From Folioceros fuciformis (lineage: Eukaryota): 50,800 nt of DNA. The stretch spans positions 1 to 50,800 of the forward strand of contig JBNGIO010005748.1 in NCBI GenBank assembly GCA_049999805.1, read 5' to 3'. Both the position numbers and the translations under genes were made by a program. The notes beneath the pieces are model-generated. The model was not told where the DNA came from, did no database searches, and worked only from the letters and a program-made list of their open reading frames with translations. Positions within the stretch are counted from its first letter, which is position 1. Each line of letters begins with the position of its first letter. This document shows positions 25,311-37,803 of this stretch, one piece after another.

Positions 25311-25615
25311 AGGATGCAGACCAGAGGGCCTTTTCCCAGTGATAGTTAATAATCAATTCAACAAGCACCCGGCGATATTTCCTGTACCACTGGAAGCAAT
25401 GGGCCCCAACCTGTGTATCACAATGTTGCTGATCTTACGAGCCAAACGAGAAGCCATCCCGAAATTTAACGTCACTTAAGTGGGTTGCTGGGAAAACAAA
25501 ACCCCAAGCTTCACCAAAATTGTTTGAAGAGTTTTCACGTGAGGTTTTTCCCAAAACAGAAATACCCACGCATGATCAAGACTTTGACGACATAGAAAAG
25601 TGATTCCATCTGTCC

Positions 25616-26300
25616 CTAGGTGTTGGTCGCTCTGGTATAAATCTGCTGGTTGGCATGAGCAGCTACCAGCCTGATTGTCCCACGCTCCTTCAAATGTAAG
25701 ATCGCCTTCCTCGCAAGAGAACCGGTTATCTGCAAAATTTCACTACGTCAGGAGAGAGGAGAACCATTCTAATCGATCGATTCCACAAGGACCCAAGCCA
25801 ATTAGAGCAAGAAATAGGTGATTACAGAAATCTAACTCAGACCTATTTTTAAAGGACCCAAAGAGTGAGCACGACCAACATACCCGGAGACGATCGGACA
25901 GGACAGATGGAGTAATCAGCTTGTACTTGGGCACCTCAGACAAAAGCTTGTCGTAAGTAGCCTGATCGAAAAGAACCATGTTGTTCACTTTCTCCTTTTG
26001 CTTTCCTTTGCTCCATTTCTGCCGTCACCCCATAAACCACTCAGCTCAAACGCCAAAGTCAAACCAGCCACGCAGGCTCCAATGAAAATTGATGAAGTCC
26101 GTGGCCAGACTCAAGGACTCAACTCAGCCCTACCTTCTTCTTCTGCTTGCCACCTCCACCGCTCTTCGCAGGCTTAGCGGCAGCTGGCGGTGCTTTCTCC
26201 TTTTTGGGAGCCTGCACAAACGCGGACGCAAATCAATCGGGCGCACTCTCCCACAAATGTCCCAAACACATAACACCGGGGACGCGTAGTCACTCACCAT
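25616..26300 (-). CDS. RPS25: 40S ribosomal protein S25 (eS25), 4 exons
   Basis: [90 protein letters not shown]; first coding exon is ATG only (26300-26298). Confidence 0.97.
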
Positions 26301-26493
26301 CGTCCTTGTCTGCGACAAAGATGTGACCACCGGGAAGAAGGCGCTTGCAGGCCGGCACGGACGAGTGCTAGATTGCTAGGGCTTGTGTGATACTTCTAGG
26401 TTAAGATGGAAGGGGGTACATATATATAGACGAAAGGGAGTCAGTCGACACCGAGAATTTAATTTAGAAGTACAATTCTTTTTGGAAAATACT

Positions 26494-29393
26494 TTACAAC
26501 TGCTCTAAACCTTCTATTTGGGTTAAATATTGCAAAACTTTATCGGCAGTCTGCAAGTTCATATCCACCCTCCTCCAGGCACAAACACAAATGGCAGGGA
26601 AGACATTTTGAGGTTGTACAAAGCTACTGACGGCGGATGGATTGTACCTGGGTTTGGCTAATTCAGGGCCCTTGAACCCCTCAACGCTCTCTGTGGGTTT
26701 CACTTTCGAGGCAACCTGGGTTGGGAGAATTTGCGGAACAAATACGCTAACGTTCTTGCTTGGTGCCTGATCTTGACCAGCCTCTACCCCATCTTGCAGT
26801 AGACCCTTAGGAACAGCAGGAGCGCCAGCAGGGCCAACTACAGGTGCTGCTTGCATAATGCTGGCCGTTTCTCCCTGGTGAGCATCAGCAATTTTACTGT
26901 CGTCTCTTGCAAGCGCAGAAGGGTCCAAATTTTGGACTTCGTCCTGCACAGCTCTCTCATGTTGGCTGAAATCTCCATCTCCTTGCTGATTTGCTTGGAC
27001 GGTCTCAGGTTCGGTTGCCAATTGACAATGAGCATCAATCTCACCTCCCACATGTATCGCTTCCCGAGACAGGTCCATCGGAACCGCAGCCTCATTAGCA
27101 GGGCCAGGAGTAGGTGATCCTTCCTGACTCCTAGCTGCTCCTACTTGAAGGGCGTCAACAGTCCCACAGTCGTCTCTTACAAGTGAAGCAGCCTCTGTCA
27201 TTTCAATGTCCGCATTCTCAAATCCCTCCTGTACCCTGGAGCTGCTAGCATCTTCTTGCGTCCTTGACTCGGGAGTCACGTTATTAACTGTAGTAGTACC
27301 TGCCTTCAGAGCATCCTCAACTATGCACTCCGCAAAATCGATCTTTGATGAGCCACCTCTTTCAGCGGCAAGAACACATGTTGACTGCTGTCCAATTTCG
27401 GCTGCACAGTCACCATTGCTACATCTCTGCCCAGATTCTTGCGTCAAACCTTCTGCACTACCCATCCATTCTGGCTCCTTCGCACTCTCCACATTATTGC
27501 GGATAACGGCTTCACAACCTAAGAAATCCTCGGCTGTTTGGGTCCGATGAGGTAGAATACGGCCTATTCCTGGACCAAAGCTATCCTTGTAAAGACTGAA
27601 AGACCTCCAGATGTCATCTCGACTTTTGATTTCATTTACTTTCTGAACCACAAAGTCAAAGGCATCCATTCTTTTAATGCAATCTCTTCCTTCCTTGCTG
27701 GTAGTCTTCAATTTTTTTGCATGGGTACTACCTGGTAAAACAGGCAAGTTGTAGTCATCATCTTCATTCCAGTGCTCCACGCTTTCGTCCCTTGCCTTCA
27801 GCTTTTGTAAGTTCTTTTCTATTGCTCTCTTCAATCTTTGTCTGGCCCCCTCCTTCTTTTTGAAGTTCAGAGCTAACCTCACTCGCAAGCCATCTGCCAA
27901 CGTTAAGCCATCTACTGGAGTTTGATCGGATCCACTACTTTTAAGAACCTGCACATCCTCCACCAGCAGACGTCCATCATCTGAGAGTCCATCCACTGCT
28001 GGTCCATCAAAAGAGAACACTTCATCCAGCCAGGACATGCTCTTTGCATAACGGTCAAATCCTTCGTCCTCCAGCGAAGCTTCAATTTCATCATATTCTT
28101 TTAACTTGCGAAGCCTCCAGGCATTAAGCATATTGGCCTCCTGGAGGATCAGAGAAACAGTAGCTCAGTGGATCAGGCGTGGTTTGTGACCCCAGTTGTG
28201 AAGTAGGATACAGAGGCAGAACATCGAGGTAAAATCACCAAACAGGACAGCTAGCTGAACTTGAGCGGCGATCACCTTCTGCATAGCTTGTGAAGCAGCC
28301 CGGTAAGTCTTGAGTCGCATGTATTCCATTTGCTCCCTTGTCTGAGGGGTCACTTGTGGACCAGGGGCAACCTTTGACCAGTTGGCAGGGGCCTGTGATC
28401 CAGGGGCGGCTGGTCTGTAGAGCTGTGAACCACATGCCATCCCTGGGGTTGGAGTAGGATATCTCATGGGAACACCACCTCCGGGGGGCACATAAGTTGG
28501 AGGCGCCGGCTGTCTGAACTGAGGCGACACATGGCCCATGGTCCTGCAGGCAAGGTATTCGAACCTACGAATAAGCACATGACTCGATAGAAAAGGTCCA
28601 GGAAACAAGAATACAAGGGTACCAGTACAGATCAGACAAGCAACTAGGGCAAGCACATACATGGTCCCCGGCGATTGGTATCGCGGATCGAAGGACGTCC
28701 CCATCATTACTGAACCATTCGAAGTTACGTCAGGCCTCCCTTGCTTCACCACTGGAACAGAAGCGCGTTCCAGGTCATGGTATGCAAACACAATGGAAGA
28801 GGTGGGGACACCTGAAAGTGAGAGCAGAGATAGCGGGCGGCCTCCTGGACATTACCATGAATGTAGCACGACTTGTTGGACTTCATACAGCAAGTCCTGC
28901 ATTGACGAAAAGGGCACCTGCATCAAGATGGCTCGGTCAGATGGCATCCGCAGCGCGATGGCCAATTGTGGCAAACGAGCTTCTATCCCAGCAGCTACGA
29001 AGCGCAATTCCGGCCACTAGCTACAAACGGGAGCGAACGTCCAAGGCATCAGCATCCGTAATTGTACAGGGAAGCAGGCGTGAATAAAGAAAGCGAATTA
29101 AGCTGAAAAACTGACCGGGCTCGGGCAGTGTTGCCACAAGTAAGGCACTTTTGTTTCCTCTCGTTTTTCAGGTAACTCTCACGAAGTGCGGCCGCGTCTC
29201 GGCCAGTTTGAAATGCCGACACCGACGCCGTGGCCGGGGCAGCGGCGGCAATGGCGGACGGGAACGCCACACCTGCGACTGAGGCGCTGGCACTGGTTAC
29301 GACGAGTGACTGCTGCGCAACAGGTGCTCCCGCCTGCACCGAGTGCAGCCCGGGCTGCATGGGAACCGGAGCGTAGGGCTTGGAGCTGTCCAT
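26494..29393 (-). CDS. SHI-like Cys-rich zinc-finger protein similar to Arabidopsis At1g32730 (reported as plant SWI/SNF-associated PSA1); multi-exon
   Basis: KCLTCGNTARAR|CPFRQCRTCCMKSNKSCYIH spliced across ~29116/28917; later NAWRLRKLKEY..EDEGFDRYAKSMSWLDEVFS; C-terminus YLTQIEGLEQL*. ATG 29393. Orthology is from recalled motifs. Confidence 0.72.
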
Positions 29394-30243
29394 GGTCACT
29401 CGGTCTGCCGTGACGGAAAGAATTGCATCTGCACCTGCACCACAGCGTAGAGGAGGGAGCTGCGCGCAGTCTGATCCCTTCTGTCCGTCCGCTCAGCTGC
29501 CAGATTGTTGCATATGACTGGAGAAGAACGTCGGCAGGAAGAGCAAGACGGCGTCACATCAAGAAAACAGCGACGCAGCGTGCTGCACCCGCATTCGGCA
29601 CGCGACGTCCGTGGCTGCGTGGATGCGTCTCCTCCGTCTTTGATTGTTCGCAGCAGGAGACGAACCAGTTTTTCTCAGCAGCCCGATCGATCGAAGCGAT
29701 TGAGGTCGGTTTCCTTTGCCCGAATTTTCAGGACACCAGACCACCTCACTCACCTGCTCCAACACCAGTTGCGACGCGGCTTCTGTAACCTACGTATACT
29801 CTCTGCCGCTGCTACTTCGATCTTGACCGGCGGAGCCGGTGACTTCTCACTGGCGGTAGCCTGGCTGTCATAACATCCCTTCGAACTTCACCCTGGCGAG
29901 TTCCGGAATCCCCGATTGCGGAAGGGAGAAGGGCCCGATTCCGGAAGCGTAATAGCGGGGGCCAATTCTAAAGTGCAATCTGTCAATGATTATAATACAG
30001 TTTTGTACTAAACACTAAGATAAAATATGGCATTAGCTGGAGGAGACGAGGGACAAAATGTGTACACGCTTTACTCTGTAGGTGTTACTGTCCTCTCCAC
30101 TTACTTCCGTGACCTCCCTGTTACTCTACACCAAATTGCAAGGGGAAGAAACAGCAATAAGAAGAATTCTTCTAGAGTTCAATGAGAACAAATTTGTGGG
30201 ATTGGAATGTACTTCACATAGTACTAAACACAAAGATTAACAA

Positions 30244-30416
30244 CACCTAAACCAAGAAGAAGAAGAATGCCTTTGCTAGGTACTTTCACATGGATTGACT
30301 GCACCTAAACCAAGAAGAAGAGGAATGCCTTTGCTAGGTACTTTCACATGGATTGACTGCACCTAAACCAAGAACAAGAAGAATGTCTTTGCTAGGTACT
30401 TTCACAAAGATTGACA
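30244..30416. repeat. 58-bp tandem repeat x3
   Basis: cacctaaaccaagaagaaga..ctttgctaggtactttcaca starts at 30244, 30302 and 30360. Confidence 0.92.
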
Positions 30417-30489
30417 ATTGTTGTGCGACGTACAACAAAGCTCTGTTGGGGCCTAGTGGTGCTCCAAGTAGCCTGCTACACTGGGGCTG

Positions 30490-30600
30490 AGACTGCCCCA
30501 AGCATGGCCAAGACCAAGACTTGGACTGTCCTGAGTATGGCCAAGACCAAGACTGGGATTGTCTCGAGTATGGCTAAGACCAAGGCTGGGACTGTCCCCA
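30490..30600. repeat. 33-bp tandem repeat, ~3 copies
   Basis: agcatggccaagaccaagact..gactgtc units. Confidence 0.85.
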
Positions 30601-31111
30601 ATATACTCCACCTATCCCATCACAACTGTAACAAAAAATGAGTCCTTTGTTCGAACAAGTGAACAGCATTGCTTGTAGCATGTTGTCCAGCATTGAAGAG
30701 GATCGCGCAGTTTGTGTGATTACGAGTTGGAAAATCACACCAACACTTGCACATAGCATCCCGTTTCTCAAAAAAACATACTTTGAATCTAAGCTTCCAT
30801 TCAAAATTGCATTCCAGATTGCGTTTTCAACAAGAAGGATCTTGGGATTGCTCCCCAATGTGCAGCGTTCTCAGGTGCGACTTCAACAACTGCTTATAAC
30901 AACCCCAATCCTACGTTTTTGCAGCCTATCTAACTAGCTTGCAGTGGGGTGTCGTCGACCCGTCCTCTAACTTAGGGTTTGCAACTAATATGCTTATTTA
31001 GCATGTCTACTTGGCTGATAATGAACTGATCACTTATGTCTTAAAAATAAGGAATTTCTATACCAGCATATTTTGCAAATATCCACACTAGAATATTGTG
31101 TCCATATATTC

Positions 31112-31357
31112 CTTTTCATTCAGTAAACACTTTTCCTTACCTCGAGTCGTATGATGTTCAATTGTATGGCGGAATTGGGGACAATCCTGAGTATACTTTT
31201 CATTCAATAACACTCTTTCTTACCTCAAGTCGTATGATGTTCAATTGTATGGCGGAATTGGGGACAATCCTGAGTATACTTTTCATTCAATAACACTCTT
31301 CCTTACCTCGAGTCGTATGATGTTCAATTGTATGGCAGAATTGGGGACAATCCTGAG
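31112..31357. repeat. 83-bp tandem repeat x3
   Basis: cctcgagtcgtatgatgttcaattgtatgg recurs at 31140, 31223 and 31306. Confidence 0.92.
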
Positions 31358-31479
31358 ACACACACCGGGACTATCCGGGTATGTTCCACTTGTGCTGGTT
31401 GTCTTTCATGACACAACACACACACCGGGACTATCCGGGTATGTTCCACTTGTGCTGGTTGTCTTTCATGACACAACAC
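31358..31479. repeat. Exact 60-bp tandem duplication
   Basis: acacacaccgggactatccgggtatgttccacttgtgctggttgtctttcatgacacaac x2, followed by cctaaaccctaa. Confidence 0.95.
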
Positions 31480-31903
31480 CTAAACCCTAATCCCAAATAA
31501 CTAAACGATTCATTAACTATTCTGAATGGCGTGAAAATTGAGGCCTTAGTAGTACATTAGGACCCTGCGAATAGCTTTACAACGAGGCCTCAAAGAAACA
31601 AAAGCGGTGTAAAGCTAAATGCCGAAAGACGTCTTTAGCTCGGTCCGTGTACCAACCTCGGCGTTTTGTGTCCGGGTTGCATACGGGTCACCTTTGGAAA
31701 GTTTTGTCCACAAAAGGTTGAGAGAAGGTGGATCACGCTGGGAAGAGAGAGGATTGATTGTCCATAAATCGCTGCTCGGGGCTGAGCGGCATAGCGCACA
31801 ATAATGTACATTTCCGAGGGGTCACACGGACGGAACGGGGTGGGAGTGCTGCCAAACGAGGCAAGCGGAAGGCGATGCTTGTAACCACACAAGAACCCGC
31901 GAA

Positions 31904-33388
31904 TCACGCGAGCAAGAAGTGGAAGACGTCTCGTAAGGAAACGACACCAAGGACTCTGCGAGTGCCTTCCTCCACGCAGATGAGGCGGCGCACGCCGGGC
32001 AGAGCGAGGCGCTCGATGACGGAGCGGAGGGAGTCAGAGCGGCGGCAAACCTGGCACGCCCCGGCGGCCGCGGCCGGGTTGGAGCGGAGCTGCAGGGCCT
32101 GCGAGACTGTGAGCTCGTGCACCGGCCGGTGCGCGTAGGCCTGGTCCTTGGCCAGGCCGGTGATGTCGCTCCTGGTGTACACGTCCAGGAGGCAGCCATT
32201 GTCGTCCACGATGGGCACGGCGCTGATGCGCACTTCCAGCAGCAGGGAGAGCGCCGTCACGAGGGGCGCGCTGGGCCGGAGCATGGCCAGGGGCTTCCCC
32301 GGTCCCTGTCCAGGGGTCACCCAGGTGCCAAGCCGCTGGAACCGTTGAAGCGCGCCGATGGACTCCGACAGCAGGGGCAGCGTCCCGGCCACATGCCGGA
32401 AGTGTCGGCAGATGCATTTCAGGATCCCGCTCAGGCACGCCAGGTGCAGCAGCTCCGGGACGGATCCGGTGAAGTCCAGCACTGGCACCGTGGCCACCTG
32501 GTGCTGCAGCAGGATGTCCGCCACCCCGCGCAGGGAGCAGTCGGGGCCGACGTAAAGCAGCGTGGGCCGGGATCTGGCCGGGCCCTGGATCTGCACCTGT
32601 CCTTGTCCCTGCGCATCACTACCAACGTCCGCGTCCCTCCGATCGTCCAGATCCCGCGCCACCCCGACCTTCTCCTGCTTCCACCCCGCGATGCTGTGAG
32701 CGTCCAGATCCGCCTCCTGCTCGTCCGCGAGCACCGCTCCCGTGCGCCACAGGTGGCGCAGGATGAGGATGAAGTCGGACGCGGTGAGCATGCCGACGAA
32801 TTGTTGCGTCGTCGAATCCCAGAGCGGGGCCGTGGACACCCCCTGCTCGTACAACGCGTGGAAGGCCTGCCGCACCGGCAGAGTCACGTCCAGGGTCACA
32901 ACCTTCCCGGACTGCGGGAGCAGGTCGTAGGCGGAGGAGTGACGAAGCAGAAAGTCTGAGATCCGCTGCCTGGAGGCTTCCGCCTCGGTTGCGCTCACTG
33001 CCGTGCATGCCACCGGTAGCTGTGGCCGCACCGTCCCCGGCTGATCCACCTCCATGCTCCCCGTCCCTGTCCCCGCACCGGCCCTCTCACCCGCATCCTG
33101 CTCTCGCACCAGAAGCCAATTGTTGACGTTGCCGTGGGGATCCGGCATGCAGGTTTGGCCCTCGTCGTGGCGCCACTCGCCGTCCACGATAAACTTGTAC
33201 TGATGGTATCCTGGGGGAAGATCAAGAACAACCTGGAAGACTGGCCCAGATCCGTCCACCGGGGACATCCGCTGCGTGTCCTGCCATCCTGTGAAGGAGC
33301 CGCACAGGTAAACCAGGCGACCTCCATGGGGCCACACGAACCTGGTCGGCACTAACAGGGGAATAGCTCCCGTCTCCTCTCTGAACAT
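31904..33388 (-). CDS. SNF4: SnRK1 beta-gamma subunit (SNF4/KINbetagamma): CBM48 plus CBS domains; single exon, 494 aa
   Basis: VPTRFVWPHGGRLVYLCGSFTGW..LPPGYHQYKFIVDGEWRHDE (CBM); AYDLLPQSGKVVTLDVTLPVRQAFHALYEQG, FVGMLTASDFILIL, SAVPIVDDNG.LLDVYTRSDI, RVLGVVSLRDVFHFLL (CBS). Confidence 0.96.
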   Translation of the reverse strand: MFREETGAIPLLVPTRFVWPHGGRLVYLCGSFTGWQDTQRMSPVDGSGPVFQVVLDLPPGYHQYKFIVDGEWRHDEGQTCMPDPHGNVNNWLLVREQDAGERAGAGTGTGSMEVDQPGTVRPQLPVACTAVSATEAEASRQRISDFLLRHSSAYDLLPQSGKVVTLDVTLPVRQAFHALYEQGVSTAPLWDSTTQQFVGMLTASDFILILRHLWRTGAVLADEQEADLDAHSIAGWKQEKVGVARDLDDRRDADVGSDAQGQGQVQIQGPARSRPTLLYVGPDCSLRGVADILLQHQVATVPVLDFTGSVPELLHLACLSGILKCICRHFRHVAGTLPLLSESIGALQRFQRLGTWVTPGQGPGKPLAMLRPSAPLVTALSLLLEVRISAVPIVDDNGCLLDVYTRSDITGLAKDQAYAHRPVHELTVSQALQLRSNPAAAAGACQVCRRSDSLRSVIERLALPGVRRLICVEEGTRRVLGVVSLRDVFHFLLA

Positions 33389-33624
33389 CTGCTCTCCGAT
33401 CGCTTCCTCAAGTCTAGACCTTCACCTTGGCCTTCCCCTAGCGTTGCCTGGCGAAATCCCTAGTCCTCGATCGCGCTCTCATTCGAGCATGGCAGTGAGC
33501 GCTAGAGGCGATGGCCAAGCATAAAAGTCGAAGCAAAGCAGCTATAGCAGCGCCGGATGCTTTCTATTCCTGATCAGGCTGTGCTTCCTCCGTGGATTCA
33601 CTGGCCCTTTAGGTCTCAATGGAT

Positions 33625-33633
33625 AAACCCTAA
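33625..33633 (+). promoter_or_regulatory. Telobox (AAACCCTAA) upstream of RH28
   Basis: Exact motif about 65 bp before the ATG, with a site-II-like TGGCCC at ~33602; typical of ribosome-biogenesis genes. Confidence 0.55.
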
Positions 33634-33696
33634 AATCTGCGTTCATATATAGATGTCGATGTCAAGTGATCGAGAGAATCTGCAAGCAAATTCGGT

Positions 33697-36600
33697 ATGG
33701 GCACCGATGATTTCGTGTTCGATGATGGCGATGACGAGCAGCCAGTTCAGCCGCAGGCTGCTTGGGAGCTCTCCAAGTATGCAGGCGGTGGTAAGGAGGA
33801 GCATGCCAAGCGCAAAACAACGTCGGTTGATGACAAAATACTCCGGCTGCAGCTCAGGAAGGATCCTGTAAGGGGGAACCGGGCGCAGGGGGACGGAGAG
33901 GAGTCGCCGACTGAGGATGAAGAGAGCGAGGACGAGGAGGATTTGGGCGGTGACGGGGATGGCGATGAGGAAGAAGGGGTAGCGAGGTCCGACAGTGAGG
34001 ATGACGCTGCGGAGGACCAGGGCCGTCGTGGGAAAGGACACAAGCAGGGATCGAGAGAGAAGAGCGGGCCGGGAGCGCAGGTACTGGCCGGCAAGTTTCG
34101 TGCGCAGGCATGTTTGGGATTGCAGGGGCTGACGCGGAGATGAATATGACTGAAGGTGGTTGTCCAAGATGCGAATGGAGCTCAGGGTGGGAAGAAAGCA
34201 GCTGGCGGGTTTTTTGCATCCTCTGAAGGTGCTTCCTTCAGTGCCAAGTCGTTCGCGGAGCTCAACCTCTCTCGGCCTCTAACTCGGGCTTGTGAAGCTC
34301 TAGGCTATGTGAGGCCTACTCCGATTCAGGTGTGAAACCGTCGCCGACCTATTTTGATATGAGGTCGGCCTGGTCAAGTGGTGAAGTGCGTGCAGGGATG
34401 GCGGTCCTTGCCTTTCTGACGCGCCCAGCTGTACTTTTATCTCACAATCTTGTGCCGTGCAGGCAGCTTGTATTCCTTTGGGGCTAACAGGCCGTGACAT
34501 TTGCGGAAGTGCTATTACTGGCTCTGGGAAGGTCAGAGCCGCAAGTTTCTTGACGTGTTTGTCCGTTGTTGGATGCCCATGGGAATTAATATGTATGACT
34601 GCTAATGCTCTCTTGTTTGTAACTGCCATCCTCTGCAGACAGCCGCGTTTGCTCTGCCTCTGCTTGAAAGGTTGCTCTACCGGCCTCGAAGAGTGCCTGC
34701 TATTCGAGTTCTGATTTTGACTCCAACACGAGAACTTGCAGTCCAGTAGGTGTCTGTTACCTATCCTGGGAGTTCGCAAATTACACCATCGCAGCTTAGC
34801 TTATCTTGTTCACTGCTGGCTCTCAGAGTGCATAGTATGGTAGAAAATTTGGCACAGTTCACAGACATTCGAGCTTGCCTTATTGTTGGTGGACTTTCAA
34901 TGAAGGTACTTTCGTTTGCTTGCAGCGTTATGTGCGGTGTAGTGCCTGACTACGCTGCGCGAGTAGTGGTCTTTTGTCTAAGACTTTGTCCTTTTATTTT
35001 CAGATTCAAGAATCTGGACTCCGGTCAAACCCTGATATTGTTGTGGCAACACCAGGGCGTATGATTGATCACTTGCACAATACCCACTCAGTGGGTCTGG
35101 AGGATCTTGCAATTTTGGTTCTGGATGAAGCGGACCGGCTATTAGAGATGGGTTTCAGCAAAGAAGTAGAGGAACTGGTATGGATCTTGGTGGTGATATG
35201 GGAGCCGGTTGATGATCCTGTTTCTACAGCGCAAATAGATGTGCCATATACTATTGGCAGATCCTTCAAGGGTTTTAGGAAACGTTGGAGATAAAATTAA
35301 CGTGGGGTTCTTTGTTCCAACAAGATTCGGCTCTGCCCCAAGAGGAGGCAAACTATGCTTTTTTCTGCAACAATGAGTGATGAGATTGCAGAGCTAGTAA
35401 AGCTGTCACTGGATAGACCAGTCCGTCTTTCGGCCGACCCGTTAACCAAACGGCCCTCTACTCTCCATGAAGAGTACGTATCAGACCTTGCTTGAGTTAA
35501 TTCGACAAAGCTCTTCATTGTTTTGAAGGTCTTGACTGTTTTTGTGTTCTCCCAGGGTTGTCAGGTTCAAACCTGCTCAAGAAGGAGACAAAGAAGCTGT
35601 GCTGCTGGCCCTATGTCTACGCAGTTTCAAAAGTAGAGTCATTATTTTCAGGTAATATCCGAGTATGAGGCCCACTATGAGCTTTTGGAGATCTCCCTGG
35701 ATGCATCGTGGACCATATTGCAACTCTAAGAAACTTGTCCATGCAGTGGCACTAAGCTGGAAGCACATCGCCTGAAGATCCTTTTTGGATTGTCTGGTTT
35801 GAAAGCAGCTGAACTACATGGCAACCTGACTCAGTCACAGCGTCTGGAAGTAATTTTCCCTTAAGCGTTTAAAATGTTACATTGCATCTCAAACTCTAGT
35901 TTACAATCACTTGCAGTTACCTGTGATCCTCATGGAAGCCAAACGAACTTGCTTATCTTCAGGCTTTGGAGTCATTTCGGAACGGATGTGTCGACTTTTT
36001 GATAGCAACTGATGTAGCAGCTCGAGTAAGTCTGTCTGAGCATGAAATTGTTGGTTTGTGTTTGACAAGGTCCTTAGTTGCCCTGCCCTCTCCCTGTGTT
36101 TGCGGATCTTCTAAGAACTTGGCTTTCTTGGATGCAGGGTCTGGACATAATGGGAGTCGAGACTGTGATCAATTTTCATTGTCCAAGAGATATCACCACG
36201 TAAGTCCTGGTATTTGAGAGTGTAATCAATTAGTTGGAGGTACTAGCATTTTCGGGTGCCATGAAGACCCTGGGTACAGGGTTCTTGGCTTAGTTCTAAT
36301 ATTGACAGGATTTGGGATTTCTGAGTCCAGCTACGTTCATAGAGTCGGAAGAACAGCAAGAGCTGGGCAAAAGGGATGTGCAGTGACTTTTGTTCTTGAG
36401 AAAGAGCGCTCAATCTTGAAGGCAATGGTAGGAACTTCTTTGGTGTGTGGTAAACAGTTATAATTGCTGTGAATGTCATGTTTGACCTGGGTGTATTTGG
36501 TTGCAGGCCAAGCGAGTGGGGTCAAAGTTGCAAAGTAGAGTTGTAGCAACTGCAATTGTTGAAAAGTGCAGTAAACAAATCGAGGAAATGGAGGATGATG

Positions 36601-37803
36601 TACGTAGCATTATCCGAGAAGAGCGGTAAGCATGTTGATCAGTTTCAAAGTAAACAGTTCTGAATTCGTTTCAAATTGTACGAAACTGCCTTTGAGAGTA
36701 CTTAGCAAAATTAAGTGGCTGTTAGGGAAGAGAGAGCTCTCAGGAAGGCTGAAATGGAGGTCAATAAGGTACGAGCAGTTGCCCGTTGTAAACTTTGGCA
36801 GTCAAGTCCAAGTACCTCGAAGTCCAGTGCTGCAGATTTTCCGTGACACTGCTGTAATTTGCTGTTGCCGATTTCCTCAGGCCCAGAATATAATGGACCA
36901 TGAAGCTGAAATTTATGCCCGACCTAAACGAGTCTGGTTCCAGTCTTCCAGGGATAAAACTGTAGTTGCTGAGGCGGTTAAGGTAGTGTTCTGTGGCAGC
37001 AACTTGATTATGAACGTGCAATCACTTGCAATGTGTGCCGTGAAAGTTGAAAAATGTGTCCGTCATGAAGGCTGCAAGAGAAGGGAAGAAGGTCAAGAAG
37101 GTCCTCAGTGTTGAGGAAGGTGATAAACTTAAGAAGAAAGAAAAGAGAGAACGTGAACGTGAGGTGGGTCTCGCAGACACGTTTCCCCTTGAGTTTTATC
37201 CAAATATGGGCGCCGTAGTTTGTGTGCTGTTGCTTCTCACGCTTTGCGGGTGATGTTCCTTGATCAGAAGAACTTGACACGTAAGAAACGGCGACGGCTC
37301 GAAGCTTCTCGTGAGGATGCCGAGGATAGCATGGAGCCTGAAGAGGTACTAAAAGCGAATGCCCTGCTGTGTTCGCTCACGTTTGTTATCAGCCTTGGGA
37401 TCTTAGTATTGTCTTCTTTGCGTGAACAGACGGCCTCCGTGAAGGTAGGCAGACAGAAAAGTAAGAGGACTCTGGTAGATGTAGCATACCGGCGAGCCAA
37501 GGCCGCGAAAGCGGCTGAGAAGGCTCGGGAAGCTGGTAAAGTTGTCCCAAAAGTGAAGTCTCAAAAGAAATCTCTTCCTGAGCGAAAGCGGAAACGCGAG
37601 GAGGAGGAATCTATTGCAGGAGAAAGGACTGTAATCAGGCGCGATTTTGAGGGTCCAAAGCGCAACAAACCAGGTGTTTCGAGAAAAGCATTCAAAAGCA
37701 AAGCCAGGTAAGCTAGATGTCCCTTCTCACAATTATCGCACGCCTACACCTCTCGGTGAAATAATGTGCTATGTCATCTCACAGGTACAAACGGAGAAAG
37801 TAG
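33697..37803 (+). CDS. RH28: DEAD-box RNA helicase 28 (DDX27/Drs1 orthologue), multi-exon
   Basis: Acidic N-terminus, [93 protein letters not shown], end AFKSKAR|YKRRK* (TAG 37801-37803). Confidence 0.95.

Noticed and set aside
26298-26300. ATG-only first coding exon of RPS25
   Set aside because: A common, known arrangement in ribosomal protein genes; not novel.
30244-31479. Regularly spaced repeats resembling a CRISPR array
   Set aside because: Units are head-to-tail without unique spacers, no cas genes are present, and the context is eukaryotic.
32034-33355. Antisense and alternative-frame ORFs over KINbetagamma (e.g. 32117-32959, 280 aa)
   Set aside because: Expected shadow ORFs of a high-GC coding region.
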